The position numbers and the translations under genes were made by a program. Source: a virus (Duplodnaviria; Caudoviricetes). From it: a DNA stretch of 64,000 nt. Shown here piece after piece: positions 17,734 through 27,731 of the stretch. The DNA lies in IMG/VR virus record IMGVR_UViG_2756170199_000003, positions 1-64,000 of that record; one strand, 5' to 3'. Every line of letters begins with the position of its first letter. The first letter of the stretch is position 1. A model generated the notes under the pieces. That model was not told where the DNA came from, did not search any database, and was given only the letters and a program-made list of their open reading frames with translations.

Positions 17734-19983
17734 TTAAGCCGTAGCGCTGAGCGAACTGGAGAAGGTTTCAAATGCGAAGTACAGCTGGCTCACGAGGTTT
17801 GCCATCTCTGAGAGGGTCGCAAACTCGTCTGCTGTCCAGTACGTGATGCCCGCCGGCTCAACGCCAACCTGAACGACATTGCCGGAAAGCTGCGTCGTGT
17901 TTTCGGACAGCGAGGTCACGGACATCTGGTTGGTTTCACCTGGTGTCTTCATCCAGGCGGTGAGCACGGGTGCGCCCGGTGTCGTGGTGCTGTCAACGGT
18001 GAAGCCGAACGACACCGTGGTTATGTTGACGCCGTTCAGGCTCACCACGCTCAGCAGTGCATTGTTCGGTTGACCACTCGCCCTGACCGAAATACGCACC
18101 AGCCAGACTCCACTGCCGGTGTCGGTGGTCGCATCGCCTCCAGTGACAATCCATTGCACATCCGGAAACACGGTCTGCGTTTGCTCCGGGCCGGGCATCG
18201 CGACCTGCCCCAGTGGCGTCCAGACATTGGCGGCGCTGTTGGTGTTGGCGGCTATGGTTTCCTGCGCGGCAACGACCGCGCTGACGGCACTCACGGCGGT
18301 CTGGATCAGGGTGTTCGACGACATGCCGTTGAGCTCGGCGGCGTTCGCTGCCGTCCCCTGGAGAACCGCAGCCGCGAGCTGCGTCTGCGTCAGGCCGTAG
18401 ACAAGCGTGCTGTTGGCCGCTGTCCCCGAGAGAATGCTGGTCGTGAGCTCAGCGACCGACATGCCACCAAGCTGGTTGGCGTTTGCCGCAGTGCCAGCGA
18501 GAATCGCCGCCGTCAGCGCCGGCTGCGTGAGCCCATACGCGAGATTCGAATTGGCGACCGTCGCGTTGCTGATGTAGGTCTGCCAGTCCTCGGGCGACAT
18601 GCCGCCAAACATCGTTGCATCGCTCGCCGCGCCGCTCGCGACGTAGTTGAGCAGATCCTGCGGTGTCATGCCCCCGACCGTGCTCGCATTCGATGCGGTG
18701 CCCGCGAGGATCGAGGCCGAGAGCTCGCTGAGCGTCATCCCGTAGGCCAGCGTGCTGTCCGCCGCGGTTGCCGTGAGCGGCAGATAACCCTGCAGGAGGT
18801 TATTGACGTCGCCCGCTGTGACCGCGCCTACCTGCGCCGCAGTCACCTGGTGAGGGTTGTTGTAGTTCGTGATGTGGCTGTTCAGCTGCCCCATGGCGCC
18901 TGTCTGCGCAATGGCGGCCGCCGTCGCCGCGGGGGTCATGTAAAGCTCATCGCTGGTGCCTGCGATCGCATCAGCCGCGCTCGCGGTCGACAGATTGCGC
19001 ACATTGCCAAGCCCCACCTGAGCTGCGCTCACCTGGTGCGGATTGGTAAAGTCGAGCAGGTGCTGGTTGATCGTGATGCCAACCGTCCCGTTGATCGCCG
19101 CCGCGGTGGTAAGCGGCGTCATGTAAAGTGCGTTCGAGCTTCCGGCCACCCCGTCGGCTGCTGCGGCCACGCCGTAATTCCTGACATTGCCCAGCCCGAC
19201 CTGGGCCGCCGTTACCTGATGGGGATTGCTGGTGTTGCTGACGTGAATCTGGAACGGACCCAGCACCTGCGTCTGGATCGCGGCCGCGGTCGTCGCCGGC
19301 GTCATGTAGAGGGTGGTCGACGTGCCCGCCGCAGCATCGCTATTGGCTGCCACCGCATAGTTCTGGACGTTGCCGAGACCCACCTGTGCGGCAGTCACCA
19401 CGTGTGGATTGTCGTGATCAGCAATGTGCGCGGCCAGACCCGCCCCGCCCGTCTGCTGCAACGTGTCCTGGATGCCGGCGAGCGCAGCGACCACCGCGTC
19501 CATGCCCACCATATCGTACACATCCCAGGTGTGGGCTTCCGGCGGGAAGGCATAGGGTGTACCGCTGATTTCTTCCCACGACGTGACCCGCGCATTGTTC
19601 ATGCTGCCGGCCAGCATCTCGGCGATCGACGCCGCATCCAGCACCCAGATCCCGCCGATGGTCTGGTACCGAAGCTGCACCACTCCGGAGAGCGCGGTAT
19701 TGATAAAGCTGATGGAGCCATACACCCGCATGGCACAGGAGCGGCTCGCGGAGATGAACCAGTGCGTGCAGAAGTAGTCCGTACCCTCACGCAGCGTCGA
19801 GATCTGTCCGCTCGTATCCTTGAACAGGACCTGGAGTGTGTCGGCAAAATAAGGAGCGGCCGCCGGGATGATCAGGTGCTGATCGCGAAAGTTCTGCGCA
19901 ACCAGCACCTGCTGCTCTCCGGTGACCAGGTTCGAGGCGAGTGAGCCTGTCGGATCGAACGGGTACGAAGGCGTAGTGGACAT
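17734..19983 (-). CDS. Tail fibre-like protein (gp131-like) with two repeat types
   Basis: ATG at 19983; YPFDPTG and YQTIGG; four NPH repeats (61-62 aa period), about seven 23-aa repeats, C-terminal beta domain. Confidence 0.8.
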   Translation of the reverse strand: MSTTPSYPFDPTGSLASNLVTGEQQVLVAQNFRDQHLIIPAAAPYFADTLQVLFKDTSGQISTLREGTDYFCTHWFISASRSCAMRVYGSISFINTALSGVVQLRYQTIGGIWVLDAASIAEMLAGSMNNARVTSWEEISGTPYAFPPEAHTWDVYDMVGMDAVVAALAGIQDTLQQTGGAGLAAHIADHDNPHVVTAAQVGLGNVQNYAVAANSDAAAGTSTTLYMTPATTAAAIQTQVLGPFQIHVSNTSNPHQVTAAQVGLGNVRNYGVAAAADGVAGSSNALYMTPLTTAAAINGTVGITINQHLLDFTNPHQVSAAQVGLGNVRNLSTASAADAIAGTSDELYMTPAATAAAIAQTGAMGQLNSHITNYNNPHQVTAAQVGAVTAGDVNNLLQGYLPLTATAADSTLAYGMTLSELSASILAGTASNASTVGGMTPQDLLNYVASGAASDATMFGGMSPEDWQTYISNATVANSNLAYGLTQPALTAAILAGTAANANQLGGMSVAELTTSILSGTAANSTLVYGLTQTQLAAAVLQGTAANAAELNGMSSNTLIQTAVSAVSAVVAAQETIAANTNSAANVWTPLGQVAMPGPEQTQTVFPDVQWIVTGGDATTDTGSGVWLVRISVRASGQPNNALLSVVSLNGVNITTVSFGFTVDSTTTPGAPVLTAWMKTPGETNQMSVTSLSENTTQLSGNVVQVGVEPAGITYWTADEFATLSEMANLVSQLYFAFETFSSSLSATA

Positions 19984-20048
19984 GCTGTTCGCACTCCCGA
20001 AAACGCGTCGCTGATCGTATGGCCGGTATGGCTGAGCGAAGCGAAGGA

Positions 20049-20065
20049 CCATACGATTCGTATGG
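20049..20065. promoter_or_regulatory. Candidate bidirectional late promoter, CCATACGA-T-TCGTATGG
   Basis: Inverted repeat placing TATG on both strands between divergent structural genes; TATG is the phiKZ late promoter core. Confidence 0.45.
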
Positions 20066-20088
20066 ATGCGTTTTCGCGGGAGACGACG

Positions 20089-21342
20089 ATGTACACGCTG
20101 GTATCTGCGTTCGGCAAGTCCCTGACCGAAGGGCAGGAATGGAGCGCCATCGACCTTTCAGGCATGACGTTTTCGACCATCATCCAGAATTACTCGAGCG
20201 TCTATGCCGTGCTCGCGAACCCCTTTCTCGATCACCCGGTGAGCCTGAGCCTCGCCAGTATCCTTGGCAGCGTCACCAGCCAGCAGCAGACCTTTGGCGA
20301 CTATCTCGCGGCACTCGGGGACGCGGCGCTTCCCACCTCAGACAGCATCCCGACGCTGGCCACCGCGTATGCCCGCTATCAGGACGCATTTCAGGCTGGC
20401 TACTCAATTGACCCGATCAGCCCCCGGGCATCGCTCTCGAGCCCGCTGCCTACTTCCGACAAGACCGATCTTTTTCTCACCCGGGCACGCACGGACTACG
20501 GGGCTTTCTACGGAAGCTGCATGGTGAGTGTGAATGGCTTTTTTCACCTGATCGACAGCGACCGGCAGACTGGCGTATGGGTGATCGACGGCATGAAATC
20601 CGTGATACACGCCAAAAAAAATAAGGTGGGCATTGTGGATTTTCAGGATCTGGGCACACTGACCCAGATCCCGATCACACAGGACATGATCTACAAACAG
20701 GTCGATACGCAGAATCTGGGCAACCACGCCTACCTGAACGTTGGCCAGGACCTGACGGGTTACACCGTGATGGTGGTGATAGGCGGATATCTGCACGTGC
20801 TCGATCCGAGGACCGTCACGCTGGTGGGCACCGACTCGATCATGATCGACTTCAACAACCTGCAGCTCTTCGAGCGCTATCACGAATCGAAGCGCTTCAT
20901 CAATCTTTCATCCCTGCCGCTGACGGTCTGGCCAGACAACCCTCATGCCTTTACGGTCAGCGAGATGATTTCCGATGCCTTCGTCGAGGCCCTGCTCACA
21001 CTCAGCCAGTCTTTTATCGTTCTGGTGGACAACACCGAGTTGTGGACGGAACTCGCGGGCGTGGAAACGCCGCGCTGGCCCAACGCCTATATCAGCTACG
21101 TCGAGCCCGTCTGGCCACTTATCACGAGCACGGGAAAAATAGCGGAATACTGGCCTGTCCCGGAGGACAGGCAGTGGTCGCTAAGGGTCGAGGACAACCT
21201 GAGGAACAACTTCATCTACCGGACAGTTGACGCGAAGAAGGAAACAGGGCTCACCTTCAACCGCAATCCCATGCACGCGGTAGATCTGAGCCCTGCATAT
21301 TTCCTGCAGATCGGTTGCGATATTGACTTTGCTGGTGGATGA
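20089..21342 (+). CDS. Virion structural protein (phiKZ gp130-like)
   Basis: Start MYTLVSA after GGGAG; SVNGFFH, VVIGGYLH and LSQSFIV motifs; divergent from the fibre cluster. Confidence 0.72.
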   Translation: MYTLVSAFGKSLTEGQEWSAIDLSGMTFSTIIQNYSSVYAVLANPFLDHPVSLSLASILGSVTSQQQTFGDYLAALGDAALPTSDSIPTLATAYARYQDAFQAGYSIDPISPRASLSSPLPTSDKTDLFLTRARTDYGAFYGSCMVSVNGFFHLIDSDRQTGVWVIDGMKSVIHAKKNKVGIVDFQDLGTLTQIPITQDMIYKQVDTQNLGNHAYLNVGQDLTGYTVMVVIGGYLHVLDPRTVTLVGTDSIMIDFNNLQLFERYHESKRFINLSSLPLTVWPDNPHAFTVSEMISDAFVEALLTLSQSFIVLVDNTELWTELAGVETPRWPNAYISYVEPVWPLITSTGKIAEYWPVPEDRQWSLRVEDNLRNNFIYRTVDAKKETGLTFNRNPMHAVDLSPAYFLQIGCDIDFAGG

Positions 21343-21350
21343 TCCTGGCG

Positions 21351-21770
21351 TCAGTGCCGATAGTCCTCCCGATCACAATCGGGGCGCCGGAATACTATCG
21401 ACCTGCCGAGCAGACAGTCATACGCATAGGGAAAGTCTCCGTTCTCCCGCGTAAATATGCCCACTTCCTTCAGCCTGTCCACCATCGTCAGGCCAAGCCC
21501 CAGCGCAGCATCGAAGAACCGCATCATGGCATCATCGGCAATGTCGACGTTAAAGGTTGAAGAGACGGCATCCATCACAGCGTTATCGATCTCGTCCTCG
21601 GCGCATTCCTTGTTCGAAAGATAGCATGCCAGCCAGCTCAGCATCTCGTGAGGGTTCGTATCGAACACGGTAGCAAGATCCAGGACTTCTCGCTCGTATT
21701 CGCGGATCGCGGGTCCCAGATCCACGATCACTGTATCTGGACAACGCAACGCGCTGTTTGCTGCAAGCAT
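21351..21770 (-). CDS. Hypothetical protein
   Basis: AGGAGG RBS; closely packed in a minus-strand operon. Confidence 0.6.
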   Translation of the reverse strand: MLAANSALRCPDTVIVDLGPAIREYEREVLDLATVFDTNPHEMLSWLACYLSNKECAEDEIDNAVMDAVSSTFNVDIADDAMMRFFDAALGLGLTMVDRLKEVGIFTRENGDFPYAYDCLLGRSIVFRRPDCDREDYRH

Positions 21771-21773
21771 GTC

Positions 21774-22088
21774 TTACGCCTCCTGAAGTGCCTTGAGCTC
21801 GGCCTTGCGGGCCATGTCTCTTTCCTCGCATGCGGTTCTGAGTCTGTCGTAGACCTCGGGGTGCCGGTCGATCTCACCCACGTTGCAGAGGAACGCCATC
21901 TGATGAACGATGAACCGGATAGCGGGGTCGTCACGGACCCGCTGGGTATCGAGGTTTTCGCCGCGACACTGGTTGATAGCGCGCACCAGCGCACGCGCCA
22001 CACCGCCCAGGTTGCAGGCACCTTCCTGAATATTGAGTGCATCACCATGCCGGTTCAATGCGGCCTGGTTCATATTGTCGAGGTTCAT
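21774..22088 (-). CDS. Hypothetical protein
   Basis: Plausible composition (ACNLGGVARAL, DPAIRFIVHQ); operon packing. Confidence 0.65.
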   Translation of the reverse strand: MNLDNMNQAALNRHGDALNIQEGACNLGGVARALVRAINQCRGENLDTQRVRDDPAIRFIVHQMAFLCNVGEIDRHPEVYDRLRTACEERDMARKAELKALQEA

Positions 22089-22136
22089 TGTTTTGCGAAA
22101 TTAGCCCGCCGGAAGCGGGCGTTGATCGTTGACGTA

Positions 22137-22370
22137 TCAGGCTTGCAGGACCGGACTGGCAGGTAAATGCTCCAGCCACGTTTCGAAGCGTTGCCAGAGG
22201 GCAGGCCTGCGCCTGATGTTGGTGGTGAGTTCCTCGCGGGTCAGGCCGTCCCTGACGAGTTCCAGAAACAGGAGATTCACTTCACCGGTGTGACGAACGG
22301 CACCGTAGTAGAGTGCAGCCTGGGATACCGTGACAGTTTTGATCTGCTGATTTACTGATGGTTGATTCAC
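22137..22370 (-). CDS. Hypothetical protein
   Basis: Probable GTG start just after the upstream stop; LFLELVRDGLTREEL...RRPALWQRF core. Confidence 0.55.
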   Translation of the reverse strand: MNQPSVNQQIKTVTVSQAALYYGAVRHTGEVNLLFLELVRDGLTREELTTNIRRRPALWQRFETWLEHLPASPVLQA

Positions 22371-22374
22371 TGGT

Positions 22375-22794
22375 TCACGCCTCGCAGTTTTCGGCGTATG
22401 GGTGAGCGACGCAGGCGTAGCAGTCATCCATCGTTACCGTCTGCGCCTGCTCGTAAAGCTCTTTTGCTGCGTCGACAAAGTGCTCTGCTTCTTCTCCCTG
22501 CAAAAAGACGCTTTCGCCGATTGTGACCGTCGGCATGCTCTCATCGACCTCGATCGTGACATCGCGTAAGCGCCATGCGGCGACGCGGATGATTTCATCA
22601 AGGCGTGGGGTCTTGCGGCTCACATGGCAGCTGATCCGGCGCCTGGCCACGGTGCGGCTGCTGCAGACGGCGATGGTCTCGCCAGGTCCTTCCGTGTCCC
22701 GTAGCACGGCCTGAATCTGCTCCACACCATCGACCCGCACACACTCGATCGGATGGCCGCGATACGTTTCACGCCAGACAGGTTCGTTTGGCAT
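22375..22794 (-). CDS. Hypothetical protein
   Basis: Operon packing; start MPNEPVW. Confidence 0.55.
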   Translation of the reverse strand: MPNEPVWRETYRGHPIECVRVDGVEQIQAVLRDTEGPGETIAVCSSRTVARRRISCHVSRKTPRLDEIIRVAAWRLRDVTIEVDESMPTVTIGESVFLQGEEAEHFVDAAKELYEQAQTVTMDDCYACVAHPYAENCEA

Positions 22795-23092
22795 CGACAA
22801 TGTCCCTGGACGGCTCGACCACCGTCACCTCAAAGATTTCCGGCCATTGCACGACCGGCACACTCGAGCTGGCCAGAAAGAATGCGCCGGAGATGTTCTG
22901 CACACACAACCGGTACTTCCCGCCGTATCCATCGCCGCGTATGCCGACGATCGTTTCATATCCCATCCGGGGCGTCGGGTACATGCCGCAAAGCTTTCTC
23001 GCGCTGCCTGCTGAAATCTGCCGCATGTATCTCTCGCCATAGCTCCAGTGGGCGCCATAAACTGGAAGCCCGGTTTGCCTGATGTTGATCAT
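22769..23092 (-). CDS. Hypothetical protein
   Basis: ATG at 23092 after GGAGGG, overlapping the upstream stop (ATGA). Confidence 0.6.
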   Translation of the reverse strand: MINIRQTGLPVYGAHWSYGERYMRQISAGSARKLCGMYPTPRMGYETIVGIRGDGYGGKYRLCVQNISGAFFLASSSVPVVQWPEIFEVTVVEPSRDIVDAKRTCLA

Positions 23093-23412
23093 CTGTTGCC
23101 CTCCCCGGCGGCAGGATTGCTTCGCGCCGCAATGTTCAGCCGCAGGAATGCAGCGCTGGTCGCTGTCTGGATGCAACGTGGATCGTGAGCGACCACGCTC
23201 CGGCCGGCCCGGTTGATCCGGTAACGTACCGGTTGGTCGTTATAGATCCAGGCCATCTGGCCTCTGAGCTTTGCAATGACGACTTTCCTCCCTATTTCCT
23301 TGCTGAAGGCCGGATGATGGACGGCCGCGATCGTGCATCGCGAGTTCTCGAAAAGCCTGTTGCCGTCGATGTCGAATACAGGCTCGTCATGCTTGTCGTC
23401 GCCCATTGTCAT
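23089..23412 (-). CDS. Hypothetical protein
   Basis: ATGA overlaps at both ends. Confidence 0.6.
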   Translation of the reverse strand: MTMGDDKHDEPVFDIDGNRLFENSRCTIAAVHHPAFSKEIGRKVVIAKLRGQMAWIYNDQPVRYRINRAGRSVVAHDPRCIQTATSAAFLRLNIAARSNPAAGEGNR

Positions 23413-23834
23413 GATTGTTGTTCAGCCTTGGCGCGGATGCCGGGTGAAACGCAGAAGTAGAGTCGCCGACGGTACGGATATGACTCGATGGTCCAGCGAC
23501 GCCACTCAGCGCGGATCCGGTCACTGATGCGACGACCCGATTCGCCCAGCTCGCGGCGATCCCAGAAACCCACACCATGCCCCGCGCAGGTGAGGTAGAG
23601 GTCGTGGCCGAACGCAGCCGCGGGCGAGCCCGCATCGGGATGTGAACCGTATCCTTCGGCAGACATCACCTGCGCGCACTCAGCCGGATAGGTTCCAGCG
23701 AATTCCTGCACGAAAGCACGGGCAATTGCATCGCTTTCTGGAGCACTGTGGATCTGCCTGCCTTCCGGGCCATCTGCCCAGATGGCCGCAAATACGAAGT
23801 GCCGTGCAGCGGTCTCGATTTCCTGTGCGTTCAT
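23409..23834 (-). CDS. Hypothetical protein
   Basis: GHDLYLTCAGHGVGFWDR conserved-looking motif; operon packing. Confidence 0.65.
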   Translation of the reverse strand: MNAQEIETAARHFVFAAIWADGPEGRQIHSAPESDAIARAFVQEFAGTYPAECAQVMSAEGYGSHPDAGSPAAAFGHDLYLTCAGHGVGFWDRRELGESGRRISDRIRAEWRRWTIESYPYRRRLYFCVSPGIRAKAEQQS

Positions 23835-23871
23835 GTTTTTTCCCACTGGGCGTCATCAGTTGTTGAGCGCA

Positions 23872-24357
23872 TCAGGTCGCCCTCCCGCTCATGGCGTGGA
23901 TGTTTCGCGAACCAACGCTGGGATGGGTGTTCTGAAGGATTCGCTGGACTCGCCAGCGACTTGTGGAGTTCGGCATGTCCTGTAGCAACTTCTCATACTG
24001 GGCGATGCGTTCGTCGGTGAAGAGTCCGACGAGCGCGCCGGATTGCTGGAGCCGGACCAGCGCTTTTGCGCCCGCGCGCCGAAGCACGAATTCGGCCAGC
24101 ATCGGAACGCAGTCACGATGCAGCATGATGCTGCCCACACTCGGCTTGCCGTCCACCAAACTGTTCCACGGCCCGGTGAGTACCGTGTCGACGGGTAGCG
24201 ACAGAAAATCCATTATTGCCAGACGCCCTTCTTCATTGACGTCGCAGAGCAGACGCATCATGTAGGTACAGGCTTCGCCCGTGAGCGCCTTGATGCCGAA
24301 CTGTTCGAGGTGCTCCCATCTGTCTATCGTTATCGATTCTGTTGTAGTACTAACCAT
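23872..24357 (-). CDS. Hypothetical protein
   Basis: FGIKALTGEAC..MRLLCD and RNIHAMSGR conserved-looking motifs. Confidence 0.65.
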   Translation of the reverse strand: MVSTTTESITIDRWEHLEQFGIKALTGEACTYMMRLLCDVNEEGRLAIMDFLSLPVDTVLTGPWNSLVDGKPSVGSIMLHRDCVPMLAEFVLRRAGAKALVRLQQSGALVGLFTDERIAQYEKLLQDMPNSTSRWRVQRILQNTHPSVGSRNIHAMSGRAT

Positions 24358-24395
24358 TTATCACTTTTTCCTGGTGAAATTGATTCAGAAATTCG

Positions 24396-25187
24396 TTACA
24401 TCAAGCCGAAGGTCTCGTGCAGGCATCGGGCGAGAAATGCCTGGACCTCGTCATTCAGTTCGAGAGGAGCGAACCTGGCGTACTCCGAACCGTCGTAGGC
24501 GTGGATGCCGATTCGGACATCCCCAATCGACAAGCCTTCGAAGAGGATCGCCCGTCCAGATGCCGGCTGGTTGATCATGAATTGCACGGCCTTCGTGGCG
24601 TGGTCCGTATAGAAGCCACTCGGCCATACCTTGAGATCCGCCTGTCTCGCCAGACGCACGTCCTGCTCGTACCGCTTCAGACCGAAGGCCCCGTTGCCAA
24701 TCGAACCCCGGCCGCCCTCCATCGTCTGCGCGTCAAACCATCCGCGTAAAAACTCCACATTTGTTCCGTGCCTGACCGGTGTGGGAGCCTGTGCTGCTGG
24801 CGTAGGCGATACCGGCGACACACAGGTTTCGTCAAGATCGGCCTGCTCCACCCGATCAACAAGATGCAGCAGGTGCGTCTGGCCATTGCTGATCAATTTG
24901 TCCTTCAGCACCTCCTTTGCGGTTGCAAGCGCCTCGGCCTTCGTTGGCACTCCAGTTGTCCGTGACTGTCCGACGCCGTTCACGGTGCGCGACAGCGTCC
25001 TGGTGACACTCTCCTGGACCCGTGGCTGCCCTGGCTCACCCGCCTGCACCACCGTCGCCCCCTTCGCCTGATCTTCAGTCAATCCCTCCCTTTGTAGCCT
25101 CAGCGTCAGTTGCAGGAGCTCGCGTTGCGCGCATGTATGGTGCTGGCCAACCGACACCAGCGCCTCGACGATTTCCTCGCGGGTCAT
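24396..25187 (-). CDS. Hypothetical protein
   Basis: GAGGA RBS; starts 10 bp after the SbcC stop. Confidence 0.55.
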   Translation of the reverse strand: MTREEIVEALVSVGQHHTCAQRELLQLTLRLQREGLTEDQAKGATVVQAGEPGQPRVQESVTRTLSRTVNGVGQSRTTGVPTKAEALATAKEVLKDKLISNGQTHLLHLVDRVEQADLDETCVSPVSPTPAAQAPTPVRHGTNVEFLRGWFDAQTMEGGRGSIGNGAFGLKRYEQDVRLARQADLKVWPSGFYTDHATKAVQFMINQPASGRAILFEGLSIGDVRIGIHAYDGSEYARFAPLELNDEVQAFLARCLHETFGLM

Positions 25188-25196
25188 TTGACGTCC

Positions 25197-27731
25197 TCAG
25201 GTCATGGTGACGTGCGTGTTGTAGACTTTGGGTACGACGATGTTGCGCGCGTCCAGCACGCACGTCTGAACGTTGCTGAACGCGCCGTAGGTCGCGGCGT
25301 AATGGGAAATCAGGAACAGCTGGCTGAAGGGCCGCGTTTCCATGATGTGCTTGATGGCGTTGATCGCGTTGCTGCGATGCTCCGCGTCGAAGGTTGCGCT
25401 CCATTCGTCGAGCAGAAGCGGACCGTCGTCGAGATGAAGGTATTTCAGGCCGACGATCCGGAAGGCCAGATCGACAATCTCCAGCATCCCGGTGCTGCCA
25501 TCGCTCACGTCATCCCTGGGATCGTCCTCGTCCGCGCCCACCCTCAGTGGAAAGCGGTAGTCGAGGCCTGCACCCTTTTCCGCCTTCTCCGTGGTCGTGC
25601 CGCAGGCAATGACCTCGAGTGGATAGACCCAGACCCGGCTGATGAACTGGTTCATCTGGCGGATAAAGGTACGGATGAAGCCGAGCAGCCCTTCCGCAAT
25701 CAGACCATCGGTCGGTGAGAGTTCCCGCATTGCGGCAGCAAGCGCTTCTTCCTCCAGGGTGCGCTGCGCGATGGTCCGCTCGAGGTTTGCGGCGATCGCC
25801 TTCTGCTGGTTGAGATTCGCAAGGATTTCCTCCTTGCGCGCGAGAGTACTCTGGACATGGCGGATACATTGGTGAATGCTCGCGCGCCAGAGCATCTCGA
25901 CCTGCTCGTGGGTCAGCTTTTCGAACTCGCTGCATGCGAGCTCGATGCGCGCGGCCAGCGCGATCGCTTCGGCAAGCTTTCGACGATACTGCGCGAATTC
26001 GTCAAGGGAGCTACGGGCGCCAGCCAGTGCCCGGGTGAGCCCCTCAATGTTGCGCTCCGACTCGCGCAGCTTCTGCGATGTTTCGCCAAGCGTTGCGTCC
26101 CCCAGGCGCTCCGATTGTGCGACCAGCTTTTTCACCTCTGCGATCTCGGCATCCTGTGCGGCTGCCTTGACCTCCAGTTCGAGATCCTTGCCGAGCAGCG
26201 CGAGCGTACCGACGATCTTCGCCGGCGCAACCTTCAGGGCGTTCGATTCCCGCAGGTGGTCCCAGAATGGATCGAGCGCGCCCGCCATACGCATGATCTG
26301 GACGATCTCGCGATAGAGATCGCCATAAGCCTGGATTGCCACGACAGACTCTTCCGCCTTCGTCACCTGTTTTTCAAGGCGGCCGAGCGCTTCGGCGCCC
26401 GCTGCAATTTCCTTTTCGAGCTCGCGAAGCGTGTCCTCACCCACACCCTGTACAAATACATGCCGGCACTTCGGGCAGGTAACACTGCCATGCGCGCGGT
26501 GCTGCTCGGCATGCTGCTTCTTCGCCCGAAGCTGCTCCAGCGATCGGTTGCGCCTCGTCGTGGCTTCCCTGAGCTTCTGAAGCCGTTCGCGATCTTCCTT
26601 TAGACGGGTAGCGCTGAAGAGTCCTTCCTCGTTGGCGGGAAGCGCTACAAGCTTTTCCGTGAGGGTTTCCACGATCGACTGGAACGACTGCATCGCCGCC
26701 GCGGGATCGAGCCCCTCAATACAGAGGCGCCGTTCGCCAAGCAGCCGCTCGCGAACCTTCTGGAACTGTGCGATACGCGCACGCAGCGTATTCAGGTCGT
26801 CGGTGCCGCGGCGCCTGAGAATGCCGTATGCTTCCTTGAGCTTTTCGTGCTCGCGAACGCACTGCGTGAGCACGGCCTCCTGCCCCGTGATCCTGCTACG
26901 GATCGTTTCGATGTGCCGATCGACATCTTCCGCTTTTTCGAAGGTGAGCTTTTTCGGGGGCTTGCCCTCTTCATCCGGTGGGTCGACAGGCGCATGGACA
27001 CGCATCGCAAGCAGTCTGCGGCTCATGGCATGAAGCTCGCGCTCACGCTCGCAGCGCTCGGCATCGATTTCGTCAACTGGTCTCTCGACCGGCGCACGCA
27101 GCTCGATCAGTCCCGTGAGCTCCGCATGCAGCCCCTTGACCTCGGCGTCGAGCTTTGCCTGTTCCTCCTGTGTGATGATCTTCGCCTGCTCGAGCACGAG
27201 TTGCCGGCGGTCGAGCTTGAGCGCGCCGGACACGTTGCGCCACTCATCTTTCAGACGGTTGTAGACCGTGATCGCGTAGTCGTAGTTGACATCCGAAAGC
27301 CGGGTGAACCATTCGCGCCGGCGCGTCGGTCCCATGGACGTGAACCGTTCGGCTCCGCGCGCGAATTCGTGGGTCTCAGGTGTGACGCCAAACGCCTGCC
27401 TCACCAGTTCCTTCTGGACAGTGGCGGTACCACCCGGGTTCAGGTTCTCGCCACCATCCTTGTAGAAGCTGTGAGGCAACCTCAGCGAAAAGTCGCTCTT
27501 CAGCACATAGTGATGACCGCGATCCACGACGTGGATCTCCTTGCTCCCGTCTTTCGTGTAGTCGGCCGCGTTGGCCGGTAGTGGTGTGAGTTCCTCCAGC
27601 AGGGAAGATTTGCCCGAACCATTGGTGCCGAGGATCAGCTGGATCGCTTCGGTCGGCCGGATCGTGAAGCTCTGGATCTGGTTCAGGGCAAAACGTTTAT
27701 AGCCCTTCAGGATCAACGCCGGGTAGTGCAT
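25197..27731 (-). CDS. sbcC: SbcC/Rad50-like SMC ATPase (phiKZ gp165-like)
   Basis: Walker A GTNGSGKS, long coiled coils, zinc hook CPKC, signature GSTG, Walker B LLLDE, ISH. Confidence 0.9.
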   Translation of the reverse strand: MHYPALILKGYKRFALNQIQSFTIRPTEAIQLILGTNGSGKSSLLEELTPLPANAADYTKDGSKEIHVVDRGHHYVLKSDFSLRLPHSFYKDGGENLNPGGTATVQKELVRQAFGVTPETHEFARGAERFTSMGPTRRREWFTRLSDVNYDYAITVYNRLKDEWRNVSGALKLDRRQLVLEQAKIITQEEQAKLDAEVKGLHAELTGLIELRAPVERPVDEIDAERCERERELHAMSRRLLAMRVHAPVDPPDEEGKPPKKLTFEKAEDVDRHIETIRSRITGQEAVLTQCVREHEKLKEAYGILRRRGTDDLNTLRARIAQFQKVRERLLGERRLCIEGLDPAAAMQSFQSIVETLTEKLVALPANEEGLFSATRLKEDRERLQKLREATTRRNRSLEQLRAKKQHAEQHRAHGSVTCPKCRHVFVQGVGEDTLRELEKEIAAGAEALGRLEKQVTKAEESVVAIQAYGDLYREIVQIMRMAGALDPFWDHLRESNALKVAPAKIVGTLALLGKDLELEVKAAAQDAEIAEVKKLVAQSERLGDATLGETSQKLRESERNIEGLTRALAGARSSLDEFAQYRRKLAEAIALAARIELACSEFEKLTHEQVEMLWRASIHQCIRHVQSTLARKEEILANLNQQKAIAANLERTIAQRTLEEEALAAAMRELSPTDGLIAEGLLGFIRTFIRQMNQFISRVWVYPLEVIACGTTTEKAEKGAGLDYRFPLRVGADEDDPRDDVSDGSTGMLEIVDLAFRIVGLKYLHLDDGPLLLDEWSATFDAEHRSNAINAIKHIMETRPFSQLFLISHYAATYGAFSNVQTCVLDARNIVVPKVYNTHVTMT

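Noticed and set aside
14702-19944. Long plus-strand ORFs antisense to the fibre genes (486 aa and 624 aa); likewise 619-2049, 37939-39543, 53194-55911 and 59753-63016
   Set aside because: Shadow ORFs expected from high-GC codon bias; Arg/Val-rich with no motifs, and opposite well-supported genes.
12770-19983. NPH repeat DNA as a CRISPR array, DGR template or shufflon
   Set aside because: The repeats are degenerate, in frame and conserved at protein level; no reverse transcriptase, invertase or identical direct repeats were seen.
20614-20621. A8 run in the gp130-like gene as a frameshift or phase-variation site
   Set aside because: The ORF is intact and there is no alternative-frame product or stimulatory structure to support it.
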